64,000 nucleotides of DNA, taken from NCBI GenBank assembly GCA_951406725.2, contig OX597819.1, forward strand, positions 128,650,001 to 128,714,000, in the 5' to 3' direction. The DNA comes from Octopus vulgaris (lineage: Eukaryota). Position numbers and translations under genes: made by a program. Shown piece after piece: positions 13,576-25,739 of this stretch. Under the pieces are notes generated by a model. That model ran no database searches, was not told the DNA's origin, and saw only the letters and a list, made by a program, of their open reading frames with translations. Position 1 is the first letter of the stretch. Every line of letters begins with the position of its first letter.

Positions 13576-14026
13576 TGCAGTTTGGCCTATATCCCCTTGA
13601 TTCCCTGGACAAATATAAAATAGCATTGTTGAGAGTGGAGCCCATAGAGCAGAAGTGAAGTGTTTATATTAGGATTCTGCTTGGTCTACCTGGAGCCATT
13701 AACACTTCAGAGCAATATAGGAAACGAGAGTCTCTTCAACTACCTTATATCATCAATTATTGAGAGCTACAAAGACGGAAAAGTGCGAACGGTCATGATG
13801 CTGAGTCCGAAGACGTAGAAATATGGGATAATGAGCCAGATGTCAAAAGTGCATAAAAAAGGTGCGCAGAGAAAGAAAGTGATAGCATAACAGCATCACT
13901 GGAACACCGAGATATAGTGGGAGCAATTCAAAGTGACCGGAAAGGTATTGGTGTAATCTATTTGAACAATTTTCAACGAAGACACAGAGGGAACGCAGGG
14001 CTGTCGTTAGCAGTTGTTTAAAACTA

Positions 14027-14153
14027 CAGGGTGTCCCTAAAGTCTGGGTACATGGAGTAAATAAAATCATAACATAAAGAATTAGCTATAAGAAATAAGA
14101 ATTTCGTAAAGTATGTGTTAAGCCCTATGTACCCAGACTTTGTGGACATTTTG
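14027..14153. mobile_element. Tc1/mariner-type MITE nested in the HERO relic
   Basis: TIRs cagggtgtccctaaagtctgggtacat / atgtacccagactttgtggacattttg with TA on both sides. Confidence 0.8.
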
Positions 14154-14989
14154 TAGAGAAGCAGAGAAAAGGGATGCATTTGATTCAATGCCCTCGGCAA
14201 GGTCAGATGACCAAGTGGAGAGAAAAGGCTATTGAAAAGAAAGGTTGGTTGGGATTAGATCTGGAGGTGGAGCACATCGCAGTTGAGTTTCCTTCTTCAA
14301 ACTACCTGTGATGTACCGCCATCTCCACGCAATCTGCTGAGGTAGAAAATAACGAATGACGTCCTTTATAGATGCAGAAAAGTTGCCCAGCTAAAGTACA
14401 TCCTATCTAACAGCTGAATGGCGTTGGAAAGGTATATATATACATGGATGCACAATGGGGTGCCCCAAATCCCCTGTAGTGCCGCCAATAAGCAGATGGA
14501 AGCAATCAATGGTGACTAGAAACCACAGAAGGATGGCAGTAAATGGTTTATCCCGTTTGTCCGTCAAGGTGAAGATGGTAACCCAAAAAGAAGAAAATTG
14601 TAAATGATGCAAATTGGGATGTGTATGGGAGATAACAGCAGATCCTGTAGGGTGTGAACTCCTCTTTCTAATACCAACGCGGAAAAAGCCGGATATGGCA
14701 GTAAGGTGTGAGGAACATATGAGGATGGACCTCGTCGAATGAACTGTCCCACACGAAGACGATTTAGATGCATCCCCAGTAAGGAAAGACGAGCGTTATG
14801 AGACGCTACTGGAAGACTATAGATGCTAGCTGGAGTGCAGTACACGTTCCTATAGAAGATGGATGAAAAGGTTTTATTGGGAATAGACTGAGACAGTGGC
14901 TGCTATCAATTGGTGTCCAGCATCGGCAAGTAAACATCATCTTGAAGGAGATGCAAGCGACAGTTGGGAGGGCCAGGCATGGATAGGCT

Positions 14990-15249
14990 GAAAAGGTGTG
15001 CATTCTCAAAATGGACTTGAGATCGAATTCTAATCAGTCGAAGCAGTAGGTGGGGGTCTTACAGCAGCGAGGGGACAGGTGTGCTGTAAAGGTGTCGATA
15101 GGAAGGCCCCGAAAAGGTGTGCATTCTCAAAATGGACTTGAGGTCGAATTCTAATCAGTCGAAGCGGTAGGTGGGGGTCTTACATCACCGAGGGGACAGG
15201 TGTGCTGTAAAGGTGTCGATAGGAAGGCTCCGAAAAGGTGTGCATTCTC
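14990..15249 (+). repeat. 121-bp tandem duplication (2 units + 18 bp) at the HERO ORF end/3'UTR
   Basis: gaaaaggtgtgcattctc recurs at 14990, 15111 and 15232; the two units differ by a few substitutions. Confidence 0.9.
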
Positions 15250-15792
15250 TCCTGATGGTCCCTGATACCTACTGACCTCCGGTCCGTAAAGTTTTCGACT
15301 GAGGGCACTTGCAATAACAAGCTGTTTCCAAGTCTTTAAATCTTTGTATTTCTTTTCTAAACTCATCTCAAAGTAGCTTTTCTATTTTTCAAGGCTTCAT
15401 CGCATAAATTTGAAATGTCTTTTCACTTAACAAACAAATGGGTGTTTCTCATTATTGATCAGAGGAACAAAATCAAATTCCAGATATTTCTGTGAATATT
15501 GCTAACGTTTATTCTTCTTGTTACCGAGAACTAAACATGCTGTAAATTTAACGGGCAAAATATATATTAATTCAAAATCTCTTTAATACGAATATAATAA
15601 CACGTAAACTAATCTCATCAAAGTCGCCATAAACTTAAATTGTAAAAATTATAATTACATTACAATAAAATACCAATTTAAATATTTTTTATTTTTTTCA
15701 TTCGACTAAGCCAATTTGAGTATAGAAACATAATATTACTCAGACACGCATGACCGAAAGTGAAACTGATAATTATATATATATGCATATTT

Positions 15793-15843
15793 GTATGTAT
15801 GTATGTATGTATGTTTGTATGTATGTATGTGTGTGTGTATGTA

Positions 15844-15874
<31 letters not shown>

Positions 15875-16099
15875 ATGTATGTGTGCATGTGTGTATGTGT
15901 GTATGTATGTGTGTATGTATGTATGTATGTGTGTATGTATGTATGTATGTATGTATGTTTGTATGTATGTATGTATGTATGTATGTGTGTATGTGTGTAT
16001 GTATGTATGTATGTATGTATGTATGTGTGCATGTGTGTATGTGTGTATGTATGTGTGTATGTATGTATGTATGTGTGTATGTATGTATGTATGCATGTA
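15793..16099. repeat. (TATG)n/(TG)n compound microsatellite
   Basis: Direct inspection. Confidence 0.95.
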
Positions 16100-16112
16100 T
16101 ATTCTGTTATTT

Positions 16113-16295
16113 TCTTTTATTTGTTCCAGTCATTAGATTGCGGTCATGCTGGGGCACCACCTTGAATTTTAGTCGAGCGAATCGCCTCGAGTAGTTATTT
16201 TCTTAAAGCCTGGTACTTTTCTACATTGTTCTCTTTTGCCTAACGGTTTATTTACTGGAACGTAAATACACCAACACCGGTTGTCAAGTGGTTGT

Positions 16296-16387
<92 letters not shown>
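16113..16387 (-). mobile_element. SINE family C 3' half with long (CA)n
   Basis: cattagattgcggtcatgctggggcacc...ccggttgtcaag then (CA)n. Confidence 0.75.
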
Positions 16388-16388
<1 letters not shown>

Positions 16389-16660
16389 CATGGCTGCAGT
16401 CCAACAACTGGAACAAACAGAAGATAACTGTTTAAATTTGGCGCATTTAAACCTGTATGTTTTGAGCCTTGAACATGGTAGATCCCTACAATTTAATTGC
16501 CAGCCCAGTGTTACCCCCTCTTATTTATCGGCCCATTTAGCCCTTTTCTGTCGATACCCGGTAGTGGGGATGGAACGTCAATCTATATCAGCCGCTTTGG
16601 GACCCTCCATATTCAGTTTGGCTCAATGAAGACATTTAGAAAAAAAAGGTATTTAATTAC

Positions 16661-16696
16661 TCTTTCTTTCTTCTTTTGCTTTTCTTTCTTTCTTTA

Positions 16697-16737
<41 letters not shown>

Positions 16738-16835
16738 TTCTTTTTCTTTCTTCTTTTTCTTTTCTTTCTTTTCTTTCTTTCTTTCTTTCTTTCTTCCTTC
16801 CTTTTCTTCCTTCTTTTTCTTTCTTCTTTTTCTTT

Positions 16836-16877
<42 letters not shown>

Positions 16878-17119
16878 TTCTTTTTCTTTCTTCTTTTTCT
16901 TTTCTTTCTTTCTTTTCTTTTTTCTTTTCTTTCTTTCTTTCTTTTTCTTTTTCTTTTTCTTTTCTTTCTTTTTCTTTCTTTCTTTCTTTCTTTCTTTTCT
17001 TTTTCTTTTCTTTCTTTTTCTTTTCTTTCTTTCTTTCTTTTCTTTTCTTTCTTTCTTTCTTTCACTTTTTACCCGCTTGCGTATTTTTTGTTTCTTTCCT
17101 TCTTTCTTTCTTTCTTTCT
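16661..17119. repeat. ~460-bp polypyrimidine (TTTC/TTC)n tract
   Basis: Almost pure C/T on the + strand. Confidence 0.95.
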
Positions 17120-17409
17120 CGCTTGTGACATTTACAGTTTCCATATCTCACAGAAATTATCAAGGGACCAGAAATACTACCAAGAAAGTTATCCATTTTC
17201 CATTTATTTCCATTTTTTGTTCCTTTCCCTCTATTATTCATTTATTTATTTATTCATTTATTTATTTATTTATTTATTTATTTATTCTGTTTTCTTCAAG
17301 AAGGAGGGGGAATGTTTTGGATTAACTTTTCTTTATTTTTCCTGACTGCCAGAGTCAGCATTTATTGACTTTTTACCAACCACCCCGAAGAACAATGTTA
17401 TCATTAACG

Positions 17410-17450
<41 letters not shown>

Positions 17451-17699
17451 TCAACAAGGGCAGTGACACCAGCAGTAGCAACAACATCATCATCAGTAGC
17501 AGCACCAACAGCAACAGACACGAGACGACTACGATTCAATTTGAAATTTTAACTCTCAGAAATATTTAGAATATCAGTAAATAAATGCTATAAAAAAAAA
17601 ACATAACTTATTTTGGAAAATATACGAAAATACGGGTAAGCCTGCTCGCTCTGATATGGGACTAAACAAAAAAAGGTAGCAGGAACAACAATAACAAGC

Positions 17700-17985
17700 T
17701 GGCACTTCGTCGGTTACGACGACGAGGGTTCCAGTTGATCCAACCAACGGAACAGTCACCCAGTGAAATTAACGTTCAAGTGACGGAGTATTCCACAGGC
17801 CCGTGTACCCATTACGTAGCTCTGAGGGGGATCCAGCGTGATACAGAATGTGAAATAAAGGTACCACATCACTTTCGCTAGCTGAGTGGACTCGAGCAAC
17901 GTGAAATAAAGTATCTTGCTTTTTGGACACAACGGAAATCGAACTCGTGAGCCGAATACTCTAACCATTAAGCTACGCGTCTTCA
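17700..17985 (-). mobile_element. SINE family D1, diverged copy
   Basis: cgtcggttacgacgacgagggttccagttgatc...gctgagtggactcgagcaacgtgaaataaag matches 4515-4840. Confidence 0.75.
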
Positions 17986-18488
17986 ATACAACAAAATAAA
18001 CCAGATATGGTTTCCATACATGAAAGTCACAAGCTACCGGCCATCGCTGACCTGGTCAGCAATTCCCTCTCAACTTAAACCAACTAATAATTCTCCTCCC
18101 CTCTCCCGGTTGCACCCCTTATTTTCTTTTTGTTCTTATTCTTTCTCCGCCCCAAAACTTGATTCTTTCTCCGAAAATCTCTTCTCCTTCTATCTCCAAA
18201 GCATCGGCAAAAAAAGATCGTGTACAGGCATGGGTCTGTGGTTAAGAAGCTGGCTTTTGAACCACGTGGTCTTGGGTTCAGTCTCACTGCGTGACACCTT
18301 GAGCAAATGACTTCTACTGTAGCGCCAGCCCGACAAGTGGCTGATCAGTGAAAGGATGAAAGGCAAAGTCAACTTCAAAAGGGGACTTTATAATTCTAAT
18401 TTATCCTTCACGAAGCGAGACGGGATGGTTACAGCTGAAACGCCTTTATTCCTTGGTGTCGAGACAAAGGCCATAAGACAAACGGTGC

Positions 18489-18630
18489 AAATGGCATAGC
18501 TACAGTGGGTGCTGCTCGGGGCTTCCCTAGGCCTATAGAGGTTTATACAGCAGACTCAAAGATGCCGTCACCATAAAAGCATCGCCTGGGACGGACCGCC
18601 CCTCTGGCCCAACTCCTAGCTACGCTACTG
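18489..18630. mobile_element. Small MITE with CAGTGGCGTAGCTA-type TIRs
   Basis: aaatggcatagcta ... tagctacgctactg termini. Confidence 0.5.
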
Positions 18631-18707
18631 GCAAAGGGCTTTGTTGCCGCACATGTCGTAGTAATAACTGCTAATAACGCAGTGTTCGTGTTCAAACAAG
18701 ATATTTA

Positions 18708-18761
<54 letters not shown>

Positions 18762-19332
18762 TTTCAGTCATGTGACTGCGGCCATGCTGGAGCACCACCT
18801 TTTAGTCAAGCAAATCGACACCAGGACTTATAATTGGGAAAAGTAGGAAAATCAAGAATTAAGAATCGGGAAAACTAGGAAAAAGAAAGTAATGCAGCAA
18901 AAAACCAGTTGACACAGCAACAAGAGGAGTAAGCCTCAGTTTCCAGAGTACCTCTCGTCACAGCTCCGGGAAAGCGTTTTGTGCTCAGGCCTCGAAACTA
19001 ACGAGAAACTATTCCGTCGCCTAACACTATCAAACAGTGTTAAATGAGACAGTAGGGCGCGGCTGTCAGTGCGCTTTGACATCAGTACGCTTTGGCGCTG
19101 GAAACAAGCAGACACACAAGCGCGCGTAGTATTTACACATACAGATAAAAAGAGTTTGTGTATGTGTGTGTTTGTGTGTATGTGTGTGTATGGGAGTGAG
19201 GGCTGGGGGGAGAAAGGGGCATTACAATTTATTAATTGAACACGATTGACATAAACAGTTTCCTTCTCTTCATACGCGTAGAGAAATATGCTTACCCGTA
19301 TAAACGTACGCACGCACTCACTCACTCACTCA

Positions 19333-19387
<55 letters not shown>

Positions 19388-19740
19388 GCACACACGCACA
19401 CACACAAGGAAGAGCGAAAGAAACACGAAAACGTTTGATGTCAAATAAACCAGTGGAAACAGCGCCAGCAAACAGGCAGCGCCAAAACGGCTGTGCAAAA
19501 CGTCTGGTATTCCAAAGAGTAGGACCACTTCAATTTCAAGGAAGTGATGGTTGCAGAGGAAAGCATCCACACGACCGTAGGAAATACAAAAGGGAAAAAG
19601 AAGAAAAAGGGGGGAAAAAAATCATAAGATATAAGAAGTCAACAGCAATAGAAGCAAGAGAAAACAACTAAAATAAGTGAAGAGAAATTTTTGGCCTCGC
19701 TCCTATCTTAAAAACAATTCAATTATCATTGAAGTGGTAA

Positions 19741-20419
19741 AGGCGTTGAGCTGGCAGAAACGTTAGCACGCCGGGCGAAATGCTTAGCGGTATTTCGTCT
19801 GCCGCTACGTTCTGAGTTCAAATTCCGCCGAGGTCGACTTTGCCTTTCATCCTTTCGGGGTCAATAAATTAAGTACCTGTTACGCACTGGGTTTGATATA
19901 ATCGACTTAATCCGTTTGTCTGTCCTTGTTTGTCCTCTCTATGTTTAGCCCCTTGTGGGCAATAAAGAAATAAGAATTGTTAGCATGCTGGATAATTTAC
20001 ATAGTGGCATTTCTTCTGCCTTGGTCAACTTTGCTTTCCATCCTTTCAAGGTCGGTACAATAAATACCAGCCAAGTGCTGAGGTCGATGTAATCGATGTA
20101 ATCCTTTTCACTAATTTTACTGGCTTTGTACCAAAATCTGAAACCATTAGTGGGGTGGCAGAACATCAGATTATATGCGCAGCGTGAAAGGCGGCGAGCT
20201 GGCAGAAACGTTAGCACGCCGGGCGAAATGCGTAGCCGTATTTCTTCAGTCGTTAAGTTCTGAGTTCAAATTCCGCCGAGGTCGACTTTGCCTTTTATCC
20301 TTCGGGGTCGATAAATAAAGTACCAGTTACGCACTGGGGTCGATGTAATCGACTTAATCCGTTTGTCTGTCCTTGTTTGTCCCCTCTGTGTTTATCCCCT
20401 TGTGGGTAGTAAAGAAATA
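19741..20419 (+). mobile_element. Cluster of three tandem SINE family B copies (19741-19972, decayed ~19974-20145, 20187-20419)
   Basis: Two near-consensus copies plus an older one; 20187 copy has degenerate TSD tatatgcgcagcgtg/tatatacgcagtgtg. Confidence 0.88.
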
Positions 20420-20936
20420 TATATACGCAGTGTGTTTTTATTAGTTATGTTCTTTACACTCAGTCCAAATTATTCTACTGGAAAACGCATGTCGTTCTTG
20501 CGCTAGGAACACTCTAGTCTTCAGAATACCGCCCCAATTTTAGAATATCTAGAAAATAATAACATGGACATGAAAAGATAAACATGAAGTAATCTTCCGT
20601 TTAAATTTCGCTTTCAGCCTGACCTAGTCGCGAGTTAGTCATAATGCACTAAATAATGCATGGTATCTAGTTCCCTGTCTCATGGTACGGAGTTCAATTC
20701 AAGCAGGGTTCGACTTTGAACTTGATCCTTCCGTTATAAATATATATAACTAAAGTAATGGTAATCTTCTAAGACAAACGCCCGCCCGCCTGCCTGCCTG
20801 CACACACTTACACACATACAAACATACACACACGTAACATATATGTTTTTATTAAATGAGCATGTTCCTCTGGTGCGCACACATGCTTACATACGCACAT
20901 AATACACACACACACATATGTATGTATGCATGTATG

Positions 20937-20971
<35 letters not shown>

Positions 20972-21254
20972 ATAAATACATGTAGACACACATATGTAAA
21001 CAAATGCATGTACATGTGTGAATTTGTGTGGATTTGTGTGCGTGAGTGTGTGCGTGTGTGTGTGTTGTGTGTTGTGTGTGTGTGTTGTGTGTTGTGTGTG
21101 TGTGTGTGGAGTGTGTATGTGTGTGTGAATGCATACGTGTATGTGTGTGCGTGTTTGTGCGTGTGTTGTGTGTTGTGTGTTGTGTGTGTGTGTATGTGTG
21201 TATGTGTGTGTGAATGCATATGTGTAAGTGAGTGCGTGTATGTGCGTGTGTGTG

Positions 21255-21285
<31 letters not shown>

Positions 21286-21548
21286 GTGTGTGTGTGTTTG
21301 TGTGAGTGTGTGTGCGCGTGTTTTGTGTGAGTATCCATATCCGCTTATGCGTGTGTTTTCAGAACAACAGATGTCTGACATGCCGTCTGAGGTATCAAAT
21401 TATGCAACTTGGTTCTAGATTTGCCATGCTTTAAGAGTTGGAAGGAAATCTGGAACTGGGTCACGAGAGGAATGGTACACGATGCAGTGGTGGAGAGGTG
21501 GACGGGGGAGAGGCGCGAATTTCGTCGACTGAGCAAATTCTTGTGGGG

Positions 21549-22573
21549 AATTCAATAAAACAACAGCAATTGAAAAAATAAGGGCTCCTTTTTCTTTATG
21601 GGGTTCGTTCTTCGAGAGAAAAAAAAAAGGAAGAAAAGTTAGACAAAAAGAGATAAAGATAGCTAGAATGGGATATTGTTGTAGACTTAGAGAGATGGGA
21701 AAAAGGAGAGAGAGAGAGAAAGAGAGAGAGAGAGGGAGAGAGAGAAAGAAAGAGAGAGAGACGGCAACGACGAGAAGAATCGGAAATTTTAAAGGTTATC
21801 AATTTACAAGAGAAGGTGCATATGACCTGACAAAGAACTGTGTATTATTCAGAAAGAAGGAGGGAAAGAGGAGAGAGAGAGGGGGCAGAGAGAAGGAGCG
21901 GAATAAGGGAGAGGTGTATATACGTACATAGGTGGTGGCTGTCGACTTGCGATCGAGCATAACCACTTTGCCGCTCCTTTCCTGTTCCCCTTTACAAACC
22001 CTGTCAAGGGAACATGTGATGACGAGGACATAGCCCGGTATGACTAGACTAAGTGTACACCTTCTAGATATGGTGGCACGTCAACGGTGGACATGACAGC
22101 ACTGGCGCCAAGGAACCGTGATTGCTCCCGCCTATGAAACTGCATCTTCCGTACACTTCAACGAGCGAGGAAGCTGCAGCATTTCATGGCTGCAAACGAG
22201 TGCGATACTTGAATTGCACAAAAACCTAAAAACGCAAGGATATTCTAAGAAAGATTAAAAGAAACTGACGCGCGTCATCCAAATCCAGTCTATTAGCGAC
22301 ACAGTGAAAATCTGTAAGACATTTCAAAGATTCGCCATCAGAGAACTTTAAACGAATATATGCACACACTCGGTTGTATGCCTCTACTAAGACACGTATG
22401 TAAAAAAAGATGATGCACTCCCCCACACACACACGTGCACGCACGCACAAAAAATACCTACGTACTAAATTCAATAAAACAACAGCAATTGAAAAAAATA
22501 AGGGTTCCTTTTTATTTATGGGGCTCGTTCTTCAAGAGAAAAAAAAGGAAGAAAAGTTAGACAAAAAGCGATA
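21549..22573 (+). repeat. ~105-bp direct repeat pair (21549-21655 and 22468-22573)
   Basis: aattcaataaaacaacagcaattgaaaaaataaggg...gaagaaaagttagacaaaaag.gata present twice with few differences. Confidence 0.9.
21928..22225 (-). other. Candidate exon of a minus-strand host gene
   Basis: Unique, GC-richer segment; polypyrimidine acceptor ccttgcgtttttag| at 22226 and donor AT|GTACGT at 21927; possible starts MSSSSHVP... (22031) or MLDRKSTATTY (21960). Confidence 0.3.
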
Positions 22574-23169
22574 TTCTCACAGAGACATTCTCACAGAACA
22601 TAAGTGCAAGAGCGTACACCTACATATATGCCTACACTAGCTCAAACACATATTATATATCCCTGGAACTATCTTAAATCAAAAGAATAAATTTCTTTAT
22701 TGGCCACACAGGGCTAAACACAGAGGGGCCAATTACAATGTAGAGTTTTTCTTTTCGAGGGAGGCAAAAATAAAGTAAATAAATAGGGACAACGATCAAA
22801 ATGGATCGAAATCGTTGGGGATATATGCAAAAAATGTCGAAATAGTACAAAAAGTCCCCAAGAAATTTATCTTAAATCAAAATTATTATCATTTTATTAG
22901 CGATCGGCTTGAACGCCATTGAGAAGAATTTGAATAATTTGAAAGAAAATACCAAAACGCAATCTTTATATCCAACTTTACCATGGATGTCTTGTTTAAA
23001 ACACTGAATGCTGCGTTATTAGTCTTGGGAAATTCCCCAAGGTATTAGAACTGGTTTCGTCGCTAATAACTAATTCTTAAGAAGCCGGCTGGCTATTTGA
23101 GACATCAGTGTCTGAAAAGATGTAGGTATTCTGTATTTTGTGGAGCAGTGAGATTTGATTGACATGCGG

Positions 23170-23315
23170 TGACTGGGCGCCTCCCACTGGCGATTTACAA
23201 TAGAATGACATCACGTGTTATGAGAGTTCCGGCGCCTGATTCTCGTCTGGTAGATCAATGTGTGTGCCCCCTTATGCACCAAGAACCTAGATGAGACGAT
23301 CTCAAGATATTCATA

Positions 23316-23360
<45 letters not shown>

Positions 23361-23464
23361 ATCACGTGGATGAAAAAGGCGCGATCCAGAGAGGAGTGGA
23401 CAGCGTGCTGTGACCAGCGGTGTCAAATGGACGTCTGACTGACTGGTCGGTCAAGGTGATCAAG

Positions 23465-23470
<6 letters not shown>
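23170..23470 (+). mobile_element. RTE-type LINE 3' end interrupted by (TA)n
   Basis: WMKKARSREEWTACCDQRCQMDV* (W...A.DR..W-like RTE C-terminus) followed by (caaggtgat)2 tail. Confidence 0.6.
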
Positions 23471-23504
<34 letters not shown>

Positions 23505-23509
<5 letters not shown>

Positions 23510-23831
23510 TTCAGTCATGTGACTGCGGCCACGCTGGAGCGCCACCTTTTAGTCAAGCAAATCGACACCAGGACTTATTTGTTTAAGTCTGGTACTTATT
23601 CTATCGGTCTCTTTTGCCGAACCGCTAAGTTACGGGGCATAAAGACACTAGCACCAGTTATCAAATGGTGATGGAGGGAAAACAGACACAAAGATACACG
23701 CACGTGTATATACAACAGGCTTCTTTCAGTTTCCGTCTACCAAATCCACTCACGAGGCTATAATAGTAATGCCACGCAGTGGGACTGAACCCAGAACCAT
23801 ATGGCTGAGAAGCAAGCTTCTTACCACACAA

Positions 23832-23833
<2 letters not shown>
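23505..23833 (-). mobile_element. SINE family C, internally deleted
   Basis: Matches the 13126 copy from tail to head. Confidence 0.85.
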
Positions 23834-23897
<64 letters not shown>

Positions 23898-24220
23898 ACA
23901 CGCATATGAAGCGACAGAGAGAGAACAGTTAGGCAGCGAAATTCCCTTGAGGAGTGGAGTATCTGGTGTCTCGGACTGAAACCTTCTTAAGAATAAATTC
24001 AACAGGAGGGAAATAATAAAGATTGTATTTCATTCACTTCCTCCCCATCCTCTTTGCTCGGAATTACGTGTTATAGAGTTTTTGATATTTTCCTTATATT
24101 TCTTATCAAGGAAGTCACAACAAACACGTTTGTTTTTAAGAGTGAAGTTTGGAAAATACAACGGTACGAAACCCTAGGTCCATGAGTAACTCGTATGCGT
24201 GTGTGCATGTGTTTTACGTG

Positions 24221-24291
<71 letters not shown>

Positions 24292-24538
24292 GCGTAATAT
24301 ATATATATATATATATATATATAATAATATATATAATAACTGAAAAGAGGAATTTCATCACACACAACAAGGACAAAATTTCTTCTTTAGAGAAAATATA
24401 TATTCAAATAAGTAAAACACAATATCATGAATAGCGATAACGAAACCGATCGATATATTAAAAATCATATCAAAACTATGTAAGTGTGCGTATTTTCCTC
24501 TTTTAATTTCTTATATATATATATGTATATATATATAA

Positions 24539-24570
24539 CTAGACTACCTGTGACCCGTTGGGTCACTGAC
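24539..24570 (-). mobile_element. Helitron 3' terminus
   Basis: Reverse strand hairpin gtgacccaacgggtcac followed after 7 nt by CTAG|T; 5' end not located. Confidence 0.55.
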
Positions 24571-24874
24571 GTTTTAGGTTATAAAATATTGAAGCTGATT
24601 TCAACATTGCACTGAAATGAAAGTTAATTTTATGATGAATCAGTTGATTATTTCAATTCGTTCGTGTCATCATAGGTCTGGTTAACAAGTTCATATTTAA
24701 GGTTTTATTAATTATTTATAACATCTAATAGGAATAGAACTTCCGGAATTAAATTTGAACTCCAGTAACAGCATTTATTTATGGCATATGTGCACGCTGC
24801 TACAAAAATGCAAGAGGAATTGTTATATAAAGTAAACAAAATTAATGGAAACAATTTTCACAGTGTTATATATA

Positions 24875-25106
24875 TTTCTTTATTGCCCACAAGGGGCTAA
24901 AAATAGAGGGGACAAACAAAGACAGACAAAGGGATTAAGTCTACTACATCGACCCCAGTGTGTAACTGGTACTTTATTTATCGGCCCCGAAAGAATGAAA
25001 GGCAAAGTCAACCTCGGCGGAATTTGAACTCGGAACGTATCGACAGACGAAATACGGCTACGCATTTCGCCCGACGTGCTAACGTTTCTGCCAGCTCGCC
25101 ACCTTA
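24875..25106 (-). mobile_element. SINE family B
   Basis: Full copy, flanked by ttatatatatt. Confidence 0.88.
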
Positions 25107-25664
25107 TATATATTACCATTTCAGGGTTGTGTTGCTTTCGGAGTATTTTCCCATTATGTGCTGTTTTTGGCTATTTATGAAAGTATTCCCCAAAACCGCG
25201 TATCTCGGGAATCCGTAACCCGGTTTTATTCCGTTTGGATACACATTTCAGCAGTACCTTACTTTCTGAGTAGTTTTCCATTATGCGCTGGTTTGGCTGC
25301 ATTAAATTACAGACAAGCACGCACGCACGCAAGCATGCAAGCAATATATATATATATAAGAAAAGGAGAGGTGTATTTCCCCGCAGGAAAAAAAAAAAGA
25401 ATTTGTTGAAAATTCACCTGAATTTGAAAAACTTGTAATTGTTTTTAAATAAATTTATTTATATGCATACCAAACTAGTTTCAACAATTTTTTGTTTATC
25501 AATGGTACAAACGAATGAAATTTTTTTAAATGTTTTTTTAAAATTTTAAATGCGAAATCGAAAATATGTTTAAATGATTAAATATTCACAAAATTCAATA
25601 ATATCAAAAATGATTGGTGAAGGATATAAAAAATGTGGATTACCAAAAGCTCGGTCACATTGAG

Positions 25665-25728
<64 letters not shown>

Positions 25729-25739
25729 AGAAAGAAAGA

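Larger units (their letters stand above)
13620..15310 (+). mobile_element. HERO-like (R2-group, restriction-like endonuclease) non-LTR retrotransposon, 3' relic
   Basis: Broken frame QGQMTKW...LSFLLQTTCDVPPSPRNL...YILSN...YTWMHN and KKPDMAV...LVE*TVPHE...RKDERY...VPIEDG*KGFIG matches the HERO post-RT zinc knuckle and PD-(D/E)xK RLE domain. Confidence 0.8.

Noticed and set aside
13210-15249. Short direct-repeat arrays (22-bp x3; 121-bp x2) as possible CRISPR
   Set aside because: No unique spacers, no cas genes, eukaryotic context.
16497-17345. Phe/Ser/Leu-rich and Lys/Glu/Arg-rich ORFs
   Set aside because: Translations of the (TTTC)n tract.
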